Assembly (NCBI GenBank): GCA_964358315.1
Contig: CAYHOF010000003.1
Location: forward strand, 3,337-67,336
Length of the DNA: 64,000 bases
DNA from: an uncultured Methanosarcinales archaeon
GTDB taxonomy: Archaea > Nanobdellota > Nanobdellia > Woesearchaeales > ARS49
Reading direction: 5' to 3'
The notes under the pieces were generated by a model. It did not search any database, had not been told where the DNA came from, and saw nothing but the letters and a program-made list of their open reading frames with translations. A program made the translations under genes and the position numbers. Positions 35,901-42,245 of this stretch are shown here, piece after piece. Position 1 is the stretch's first letter; each line of letters opens with the position of its first letter.

Positions 35901-37263
35901 TCTTGACGACGATGGCGTCAAGACCTGTCGTCGGTGTGAGGATGATGCTTGTGGGGTCGATGGCGCCCGTGACGTAGAGCTTGCCGTTCACGCGCGTGTC
36001 GCCTGCGACGTCAAGTTTGTATACGGGCTCTGTTGTCCCGATGCCGACGTTGCCGTTCGCAAGAATCCTTGCCCGCTCAGTGTTTCCTGCGAAAAACCGC
36101 AGGTTCTTGCTCGCATCGCGCGTATCAAACGCGCCGACATACGAGTCACCATTAGCATCAACACCCAAGTACGTGGTCCCAACAGTACCAGTACTGGTAA
36201 GCTTGATAGTAGCAGAGCCAGAACCTTCAAAGTGAGCAACATTGATGTTTCCAATCTGATCCGACACGCCACCAACCACCTGCAAGGCCGTGTCCGGATT
36301 CGCCGTCCCGATACCGACGCTGCCAGAAAAATAAGATTTTGCATCGGAAGAAGAGTACAAAGCATAATTGTCTGCGGCAAGTGCAACACCACTGATATAA
36401 ACACCATAATTAGAAGATCCACCTGACGCTTCGAAGCGCCCACCGATATTCCCGCCAGGGTGGACTCCATCAGAACGCCCGGATACAGCCGTAGCAACCC
36501 CCCCAGCCTGAGTTGAGTCGTGTACCACAAGTAATGCGAAGGGCTTGCTACCTGTCTCGCGGATGCGCACACGTGCATTTGAGGGCACGGACCCTGATGG
36601 TGCGATGTCGACATTTGCCGTCGTGACGACGTTCGTGCCGTCGTCCGTGATGCTCGACGCGGCGATTGTCGATGCGTCGGTGTACTTGAGGACTTGGTTG
36701 GCGATGCCGGCTGTTGTGTCGCGGCGGATGACTTGCGCGCCGGGTATTCGTGTGGCGCCGTCGTTCACGTTGTCAGCACTGTCGGATACGTCGATGTTGC
36801 CGTTGGGTTCCACATCGACCGACGGACTATTTTCGGTGTCATCTCTCATGACTTTTTGGAGTGCGACGGACGTGATTTCGCCGGACGAGACGCAGCCGTT
36901 GGGATCAGTGCATACAACGTCGCCACTTCCTATGTCGAATTCGTCGCCGCTGATGATGTTCTTGATCTTGAGCTGCCAGACGCTCAATGCCTGGTTCCAG
37001 AGCGGGAACGAGTACCATTCATTGTTGCTGCCGTCACCCCACAACCGGGATGAATAGATGGAGTCGTTGGCGTTGTCGATGACGCCGTTGTTGTCCTTGT
37101 CGGCTTTCGTCAAATCAGTGGGACCAACGTGCAGTTGGGAGAGATCGTGGTAGGGTTTGGTGGTGTCGACGGCGTCAGGGTTCACCGGTGCCTGCGCCCA
37201 TGCCTGAGGGACTGTGCTGAGAAGGATGGAGAGCAGAACGATATAGACTGTTGGTTTCTTCAT
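32995..37263 (-). CDS. 1,422-aa secreted fibre-like surface protein (tail-fibre-like repeats, Ca-binding loops)
   Basis: Signal peptide MKKPTVYIVLLSILLSTVPQAWA. EF-hand/dockerin-like loops DKDNNGVID and DTNGDGLVNGNE. Six G(N/S/K)VGIG(T/G) motif copies, each followed after a few residues by a hydrophobic L-x-V pattern. Fourteen decapeptide repeats. G/N/T/S-rich beta-type composition and no TM anchor. Confidence 0.85.
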   Translation of the reverse strand: MKKPTVYIVLLSILLSTVPQAWAQAPVNPDAVDTTKPYHDLSQLHVGPTDLTKADKDNNGVIDNANDSIYSSRLWGDGSNNEWYSFPLWNQALSVWQLKIKNIISGDEFDIGSGDVVCTDPNGCVSSGEITSVALQKVMRDDTENSPSVDVEPNGNIDVSDSADNVNDGATRIPGAQVIRRDTTAGIANQVLKYTDASTIAASSITDDGTNVVTTANVDIAPSGSVPSNARVRIRETGSKPFALLVVHDSTQAGGVATAVSGRSDGVHPGGNIGGRFEASGGSSNYGVYISGVALAADNYALYSSSDAKSYFSGSVGIGTANPDTALQVVGGVSDQIGNINVAHFEGSGSATIKLTSTGTVGTTYLGVDANGDSYVGAFDTRDASKNLRFFAGNTERARILANGNVGIGTTEPVYKLDVAGDTRVNGKLYVTGAIDPTSIILTPTTGLDAIVVKNPADPTGSPSFRVTDTGALFTLDPDATLTNLGAAKVGSCPGGTVPTGFTSTGPTCTATPVMPDTNGDGLVNGNEIAPGTITSDNIQDGSIQAGDLALGAITSGSLGTDSVGTTNIQPGAVTTDKVADGAVTTQKIADGAVTNTKIGDGAVDSRTILDGSIATADIADGAITNSKIVGGAVDSRTILDRSIANVDIADGAVDSRTILDGSIKAADVDSSQVQLRITPDCPSGQVMSGVAASGAPVCVLAGQVGPGTLNRVAKFTPDGTHVGDSSITDNGASVIVPTQIVLNGNNPGTRWDDADLVVGTDVSPNRHDSSISIMSAGSALKLKASGSTLTLNNWDNQDIATLKTANGIFTGKVGIGTASPNSYLHVDTQNTGNGALLLTRAADRPALGFMPWASEVYISSGTYYKNNAWIHQSNDDNSEVFAMDPGVGTLWYASSDRSATWNVAGGKTLWDMGGNWKGLVQSTQAGNSYFTGGNVGIGTTAPIGALSVVGSKGPGAGLDGNGAPNGIAMGVDLAGLWSGIEMSHTSGGYIDFSYPSNSDPAQKDFRGRILYSNGDNTMHFYTGGNYERLTINSAGDVKVRGSLVLSNDGAGERGWGTSVIDGRVWSASNNIHISPPGDSAVYIDSNYRDAGGAGGNVNLCLNGACISSWPTSLSGGVANTLPKWTSATTLGNSVITESGGNVGIGGAPTGYKLTVGGDIYANGGWLRTSGNTGWYSETYQGGWYMSDATWIRAYNSKNVWVDAVLGTNGGLTAGYGGATPPAGGAIIAGNVGIGTPGAPPNKLHVVGAIGATEWIGAGCEGACEGGGAYAIMYPSGVIQNTNYLQSGGPLYPGLDSGGIQSGFYLASSNAFGLITNTGLYTVGPVYPDSVQIRSLARSTLGGVCLMRHEGQTITTSYRLDGSSMRPGISTLSWGQCHNMDGIQDNNGNFAGGLSLGGSGIGVATKEENVWRNPAYVWWCCK
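35254..35673 (-). repeat. 14 tandem decapeptide (30-nt) repeats inside the giant protein, consensus DGA(V/I)TxxKIx
   Basis: Residues 531-670 fall into exact 10-aa register: PGTITSDNIQ, DGSIQAGDLA, ..., DGAVTTQKIA, DGAVTNTKIG, DGAVDSRTIL, DGSIATADIA, ..., DGSIKAADVD. DGAVDSRTIL occurs twice exactly and once as GGAVDSRTIL. Confidence 0.85.
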
Positions 37264-37267
37264 CGTA

Positions 37268-37603
37268 TCAGGGCGAAGCTGGAGGGGTTGGCGGATTCAC
37301 GTTCGAAGGAAGCGCAGGCGACGTGGAATTGGGCGGGAGTGGGGGTCCGGTGAGATTGCCTGGTGGCGCGAACCCGGTGAGGTTCGGAGGCGGGAATGAT
37401 GCAGCAGTGCCGTTGAAGCCGGGCGGTGCCGGGAATTGCGGCACGCACTTGATGGGTTCTTTGATGTCGCACTGCACTGTGCCAGAGACTGAGGGTTGTG
37501 CGTTCTTGTACGAGTTGAGAAGCAAGAGCACCATGCCGACTATCAGCACGATGTCACGGATGATCTTCAGTGGTGACCTGGCTGCTCCTTGCCTGTTCGT
37601 CAT
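37268..37603 (-). CDS. membrane-anchored Pro-rich protein, co-transcribed upstream of the giant protein
   Basis: TM helix IIRDIVLIVGMVLLLLN followed by a Pro-rich tail with NxT/S sequons (PPNLTGFAPPGNLTGPPLPPNSTSP). Its stop is 5 nt before the giant gene ATG. Confidence 0.6.
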   Translation of the reverse strand: MTNRQGAARSPLKIIRDIVLIVGMVLLLLNSYKNAQPSVSGTVQCDIKEPIKCVPQFPAPPGFNGTAASFPPPNLTGFAPPGNLTGPPLPPNSTSPALPSNVNPPTPPASP

Positions 37604-37819
37604 TGCCCCTTATCCTCTTTTTTACTAACCGCGTTTCCCAGTATTCTGGCACTATATAAACTCTGCGCTTTTGGGCACGGACGGCATCGGGACGGCCGGA
37701 GCAACGTGGAGAGTCGAAGTCACGATGGAACTGCACGGCAATAATGATACTGGAAGATATGACGAGCAGCACGTGACCAGCGGACGTAGAAATAATGCTG
37801 ACGGTCTTGTCCACAATGC

Positions 37820-37827
37820 TTAAATAA
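37820..37827 (+). promoter_or_regulatory. TATA box for the first wHTH-MNT/HEPN module (leaderless spacing)
   Basis: TTAAATAA is centred 26 nt upstream of the ATG at 37849. Confidence 0.5.
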
Positions 37828-37828
37828 T

Positions 37829-37847
37829 AGTATCCTTCAAGGATACT
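37829..37847 (+). promoter_or_regulatory. perfect 9-bp inverted repeat between TATA box and start codon (candidate operator)
   Basis: AGTATCCTT-C-AAGGATACT fills exactly the space between the TATA box and the ATG of a gene whose product begins with a wHTH domain. Confidence 0.45.
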
Positions 37848-37848
37848 A

Positions 37849-38409
37849 ATGGGCATGCCGAGCAGAGAAGATGCCATTGTGGATTTGTTCTTCAGTGAGC
37901 CGTCAAAACAATGGCATTTTGAGGAGATCCTCACGACGAGCAACGTGAGCAGGAGCAAGGCGAACAAGTGGCTTTTGAAGTTGATGCATGAAGGCATCAT
38001 CACACGTAAAAAACCAGAAGGAAGGATGCCGTACTTCCAGAGTAATTTTGACAATCCTGCCTATCGTAATCGAAAGAAACTGTATGCGCTCTTGAAACTG
38101 TACCGTTCCGGTTTTCTCGACCATTTGGCGGCATTGCCCAAAGCAAAGACAGTGATCATCTTCGGCAGTTTTTCCCGTGCGGACTGGTACACGGACAGCG
38201 ATATCGACCTTTTCATCTATGGTAGTGATGAAGGGTTGGACATAGCCCGTTTTGAGAACGTCTTGCATCGTGAGATTCAGGTGTTCAGTGCGAACACCCG
38301 CAAGGGATTGGAGCGCATAGGCACTGGCTTGTTACGGAACATCATTGAAGGAATGATCGTCAAGGGAAGATTGGATTTCGTGCAGGTGACGCCGAATGCC
38401 GCGGTTTAA
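37849..38409 (+). CDS. wHTH-fused minimal nucleotidyltransferase (MNT-type antitoxin-like)
   Basis: N-terminal wHTH (WHFEEILTTSNVSRSKANKWLLKLMHEGIITRK) and the nucleotidyltransferase signature IIFGSFSRADWYTDSDIDLFIYG (GS-x10-DxD). Confidence 0.8.
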   Translation: MGMPSREDAIVDLFFSEPSKQWHFEEILTTSNVSRSKANKWLLKLMHEGIITRKKPEGRMPYFQSNFDNPAYRNRKKLYALLKLYRSGFLDHLAALPKAKTVIIFGSFSRADWYTDSDIDLFIYGSDEGLDIARFENVLHREIQVFSANTRKGLERIGTGLLRNIIEGMIVKGRLDFVQVTPNAAV

Positions 38410-38869
38410 GACGAGCAAAGAAGTGTACGAATCGTGCGAAAGGGACGCATGCTACAAAATGCAAGAACACGTGGACATCGTCAAAATCAAGCACAAGGTC
38501 GGTCTCGCATTCGCAGACCTCGAGTTCGTACGACCTCAAATGCTACGACTTCGAAAAGACACCCTTCAATGGAGCACTGTCTACAAGCTGCATTATGATG
38601 CATTTCATCAGTTATGCGAAGCATTCATCCGATTCGACAGGGTCAAGAGCGAAAAGCACCAATGCCTCTTCGCGTACATCATCGAACAACATCCGGAGCT
38701 CGATCTTGACTGGGCATTCCTGGAAAGAATCCGGACGGCAAGAAACGGCATCCAGTATTACGGAACACCTTCATCATACAAAGAATGGAACGATATCGAA
38801 TTGCAAATCAACCTGTACATCAACACCGTGAAGAAAGCGGTGGACGACAAACTCAAGAACACAGCATAG
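38396..38869 (+). CDS. HEPN-like all-alpha protein, partner of 37849-38409
   Basis: It overlaps the MNT gene by 14 nt. It is helical with the motif RTARNGIQYYG (Rx4Y where canonical HEPN has Rx4-6H). Confidence 0.6.
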   Translation: MPRFKTSKEVYESCERDACYKMQEHVDIVKIKHKVGLAFADLEFVRPQMLRLRKDTLQWSTVYKLHYDAFHQLCEAFIRFDRVKSEKHQCLFAYIIEQHPELDLDWAFLERIRTARNGIQYYGTPSSYKEWNDIELQINLYINTVKKAVDDKLKNTA

Positions 38870-38961
38870 GACATGCGTCGACAGAGTGAAGGACAGTAAT
38901 GTCCGTGTCTTTCTTCAGGATCAGCATTGACACGGCGAGTGTGGCTGCGCGAATACCGGAC

Positions 38962-39369
38962 TCATGGCGTTTTGGTATTGACGATCCGTTCCGCTTCGGC
39001 GATCACCGGCTTCCAGCATGCTTTGGCGAAATCGACGAAGTCCTGCACGTCTGCGAGCGTCGGCACGTACCCTCTATAATTTACATCGTGCCGCAACCTT
39101 CTGAAGTTGTCAAGGGCACCGATCGGGCGGGGTGTCTTGACCTGCAGCATCATGACTCTCTTGATCATTGGAACGTGGTCCGACTCTTCGGTGCCTTCGG
39201 CGATGAGCAACGCATTGCCCACCGACCGGAAATCTTCATACAATGAACGAATGATCGTCTGGCTGCCTTCCGCAGCCACAGGCAAGGAAAGCACATACGC
39301 CATGTCTTGTTTGGCTGCGGCCAACATGCTCTTGGCTTCAAACGGGTCCGGTTTCTTCTGCCGTGCCAT
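38962..39369 (-). CDS. HEPN-like protein, partner of 39369-39995
   Basis: A 135-aa helical protein with FRRLRHDVNYRGY (again Rx4Y). Its start overlaps the upstream MNT stop (TGATG). Confidence 0.65.
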   Translation of the reverse strand: MARQKKPDPFEAKSMLAAAKQDMAYVLSLPVAAEGSQTIIRSLYEDFRSVGNALLIAEGTEESDHVPMIKRVMMLQVKTPRPIGALDNFRRLRHDVNYRGYVPTLADVQDFVDFAKACWKPVIAEAERIVNTKTP

Positions 39370-39995
39370 CAGCGTACCTCCAAGAATCCTGCGAGAACGA
39401 TGCCGTTCGCGATATTGGCGAACAGATTTTTGTCCACTGTTTTACGCCGAAAGAAGTGTCCGACAAACCGCACTGCCTTCGTCCGGAAACCCAATCGTGC
39501 CTTGCCGAGCTCTACAAGTTCCAGCGGGCCGTCTCCCGGAATTTCTATCGCGATATCGACATCGCTTGCTTCAGTGTCATCGCCCTTACGGTAACTGCCG
39601 AACAGTATCACGCATCTGGCCGCGGGCCAATTCCTCAGGATCTGATCGATGACGCCCGACTCGTACACGAGCCGGAGATTATCAGGGATCTTTCTCGTCA
39701 TGAAGAAAGGATGCGTTCGTTGCGCCTTCAGCTGCCATGATCTGCCCACCTCATCCCGGTGAAGGAACGCCTCTGCGATGAGCTGCTCCACGACCCTGCC
39801 CGCAGTCGTCTTCGGGGTTCCGGTTGATTTCGCAAGCTCGCTCAGGGTGAATGTCCGCTCAGGATACGCGAAGAAGAAATGCAGAATGGAGGTATACGCG
39901 ACAGCATCCTCCAAGGGCTCCACGTTCCGCGGTCGCACGTTCTTGTCCACAACACATGGTGATAGAACGGTCCATATAAACCTTTCCATCACCAC
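39369..39995 (-). CDS. wHTH-fused minimal nucleotidyltransferase, second copy
   Basis: wHTH (FTLSELAKSTGTPKTTAGRVVEQLIAEAFL) and nucleotidyltransferase signature ILFGSYRKGDDTEASDVDIAIE. The track start is a GTG; the first ATG is at 39989. Confidence 0.8.
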   Translation of the reverse strand: MVMERFIWTVLSPCVVDKNVRPRNVEPLEDAVAYTSILHFFFAYPERTFTLSELAKSTGTPKTTAGRVVEQLIAEAFLHRDEVGRSWQLKAQRTHPFFMTRKIPDNLRLVYESGVIDQILRNWPAARCVILFGSYRKGDDTEASDVDIAIEIPGDGPLELVELGKARLGFRTKAVRFVGHFFRRKTVDKNLFANIANGIVLAGFLEVR

Positions 39996-40079
39996 ATGGT
40001 ATGATATTGGTTCTTATGAACCGATAATGAACCATGCGCATAGCCATGCCAAGGACGGATACTTCCTGATGACTACCGT

Positions 40080-41222
40080 TCAGCACTCTTCACTGACAGC
40101 GCTGCCGATGCAGCCCGGTCCTTCGTAGGCGGGCTCGTCCCGTTCGATGTGGCAGCGGCATTCGTTCTGGTCGATGACGAACACGTTGTAGAGTCCTACT
40201 TTGCGCAGGTGGTAGGAGTCCAGGTACAAGGAATAGAAGGGCAGCAAAGGATCGCGCGTGGTGAAGCCGGGTTCGAGCGTCCAATAGTTCTTCTTGAACT
40301 CGTCGATCGAGCGGCACGGGTAGTCCGGGCTGAAATAGCACCAGTCCACCATCGAGCGTCTATAGAGAGGCATGGTGGGTGGCAGGTTGGCGTTGAGCGC
40401 GACGACGGACTCCATGCCGCAGCAGTCGCTGCGCGACAGATCGCCCGAGAAGCGTTGCAGGAACGAGGGCGCGTACTTGTCGTACATGTACGAGCGGTTA
40501 ACGATGAAGGACTCGAGTGTGGTGAGGTCGATTGGTGTCTGTGCGAAGACGATGGTTGCGTTGACGTGTGGCTCGGATGCCAGGATGTCGTCGGGTTCTG
40601 CCGCCATGATGTACGGGTCGGAGAGGCGTGCGATGTCGACAAGGGTCGTGATGTTGTCGTAGTCGCGCGACCAGTTCGCGAAGCCCGCGTCCAGGTACAG
40701 GCGCGCCTTGAGCTGCGCGACCACGTGGTCGTACCCGCTCTCGTTGGATTGCCATACTGTCACGTTGACGGGCGTGACGTTGATGGATACGTGCAGTTCC
40801 CGCTCGACGTGCTCGGCGAACTGCGCGAGCTCGAAAGTGAGTGTGCCGTTGCCGATGTAGGCGCGCACGTCGTCAGGCATGTCGGTGCTGTTCATGACGG
40901 TGTCGTTGAGCATGACTTGTAATTCCTTGGGCGTGAGCCAGGGCGAGTCGTCGTTGTCGATGTGGCGCGTGTTGTTGATGTGGCGCGCGATGGCGTCGAG
41001 CGCCAGGCCGACGTCCGCCTCGAGCATGCGGGGCAGGATGGAGCGTTCGACGTTGTTGACGAGTTCGTTGGCGATCTGGAACTGCGTGTCGAGCACGTCG
41101 AATTCGCTCTGCACGACGATGCGTTGCCGGCCGATGAACTGCATGGCGATGAGCACAAGCAGGAGGATGGCGATCAGCGAGAAGAAGACGCCTTTATTGC
41201 CAGACAAGAACTTGCGCGACAT
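40080..41222 (-). CDS. large pilin-like protein with class III signal-peptide-like N-terminus
   Basis: The N-terminus MSRKFLSGNKGVFFSLIAILLLVLIAM has a basic stretch, Gly, then a hydrophobic helix. The 350-aa ectodomain carries many NxT/S sequons. It is the last gene of the minus-strand pilus operon. Confidence 0.6.
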   Translation of the reverse strand: MSRKFLSGNKGVFFSLIAILLLVLIAMQFIGRQRIVVQSEFDVLDTQFQIANELVNNVERSILPRMLEADVGLALDAIARHINNTRHIDNDDSPWLTPKELQVMLNDTVMNSTDMPDDVRAYIGNGTLTFELAQFAEHVERELHVSINVTPVNVTVWQSNESGYDHVVAQLKARLYLDAGFANWSRDYDNITTLVDIARLSDPYIMAAEPDDILASEPHVNATIVFAQTPIDLTTLESFIVNRSYMYDKYAPSFLQRFSGDLSRSDCCGMESVVALNANLPPTMPLYRRSMVDWCYFSPDYPCRSIDEFKKNYWTLEPGFTTRDPLLPFYSLYLDSYHLRKVGLYNVFVIDQNECRCHIERDEPAYEGPGCIGSAVSEEC

Positions 41223-41736
41223 AGGGTCCCTCCAGTGTGTGGTTTTCGCTGACGAAATACACGAGTGATTTGGCGGCGATCTGTTGCGATTGTTCTGTCA
41301 AGATGCCGCGGTGCGTGAGGAGCGCGACGCTCGCATCAGGCAAGGTCATGCTTAGGTTGAAGCCGAACTGCGGCTGCACGATGCCTTTGGACGCTTCGAA
41401 CGCGATATAGCTCGCGAGTTCACGTTTGTCGTCATGGACGAGCTGCGCCATGATGGCAAGCAACGTCTGGTCTGGCTGCGTGATATTCTTGGTGGGCGCA
41501 GTGCAGCCCGGGCCTTCCGTGCACCACAAGTTGGTCGCCCATTCCTGCCGGACGTCTTGCAGGCGCGTGCCGGAGAAGAACGTCATGAGATCGCCTGCAT
41601 AGAGCGCGGTCTGCTGGCGCGCGGGCTCGCCGCCGAACGCCAAGAAGAGCACGAGGACGCCGACGGCGAGGACGCTGAGTGCGATGATGGCGTCGATGGT
41701 GAAGAACACCCCTTTGCGCGAGCGGAACATGCTCAC
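41194..41736 (-). CDS. pilin-like protein with class III signal-peptide-like N-terminus
   Basis: MSMFRSRKGVFFTIDAIIALSVLAVGVLVLFLAF. The GTG start overlaps the upstream stop (GTGA), and there is an alternative ATG at 41730. Confidence 0.6.
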   Translation of the reverse strand: MSMFRSRKGVFFTIDAIIALSVLAVGVLVLFLAFGGEPARQQTALYAGDLMTFFSGTRLQDVRQEWATNLWCTEGPGCTAPTKNITQPDQTLLAIMAQLVHDDKRELASYIAFEASKGIVQPQFGFNLSMTLPDASVALLTHRGILTEQSQQIAAKSLVYFVSENHTLEGPYVAQVLVWQ

Positions 41737-42245
41737 TCCGTGTCGTCGCTGGGGTCCTGGCAGTCAGGGTCGTCCATGTCGATGAGCAGGTCGCCCGAGG
41801 GAAGTTCGTTGTCGAGCTTGTCGTTGCATTGCGTGAGGGTGAGCAACGTGCCATCGCACGCGTAGAGCAGCTTGCCCAGCGTGACGTTGATGGTGGGCGA
41901 GCCCAAGAAGCGCACGCCGCCGATGTCGACGAAGTTGCCGCGCTCGTCCGTGAAATAGATGCAGAAGTCCGTCACGAGACCCAGCTCGCGTTTGACGTCG
42001 GTGTAGTTCATCTTCGAGAGCCGCACGATGCGCGCCTCGTCGAGATGGTCACGCAGGATGGAGAGGTTGCTGTCCGTGGGAGCGGACGATATGGCGCCCG
42101 CGAGGATGGAGTTCTCCTCGATGAGCGTGGCGGTGCGCCGCTCGCCCACGCGTGATGCCGAGAACACGAAGAAGCCGGCGACCGCGACGACGAGCACGAC
42201 GACGGCCAGTATCGCGTCAAGCGACCATACTTGTGCCTTTCTCAT
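41733..42245 (-). CDS. pilin-like protein with class III signal-peptide-like N-terminus
   Basis: I start it at MRKAQVWSLDAILAVVVLVVAVAGFFVF (residue 67 of the track ORF). This ATG overlaps the upstream stop (ATGA). It has an acidic Cys-containing C-terminus. Confidence 0.55.
   Translation of the reverse strand: MRKAQVWSLDAILAVVVLVVAVAGFFVFSASRVGERRTATLIEENSILAGAISSAPTDSNLSILRDHLDEARIVRLSKMNYTDVKRELGLVTDFCIYFTDERGNFVDIGGVRFLGSPTINVTLGKLLYACDGTLLTLTQCNDKLDNELPSGDLLIDMDDPDCQDPSDDTE

Larger units (their letters stand above)
30540..40079. other. AT-richer accessory island
   Basis: Hand counts on single 60-nt lines: 31021-31080 is 37 percent GC and 34201-34260 is 47 percent, against 70 percent at 26641-26700 in the flanking backbone. 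Content is an AAA ATPase, small orphan proteins, the giant fibre protein and two MNT/HEPN modules. No integrase or flanking direct repeats were found. Confidence 0.5.

Noticed and set aside
30540-40079. Calling the low-GC island an integrated provirus or mobile element.
   Set aside because: No integrase, transposase, capsid, portal or terminase-like ORF was found, and no flanking direct repeats. The tail-fibre-like motifs alone are insufficient. I kept it as an accessory island of unknown origin.
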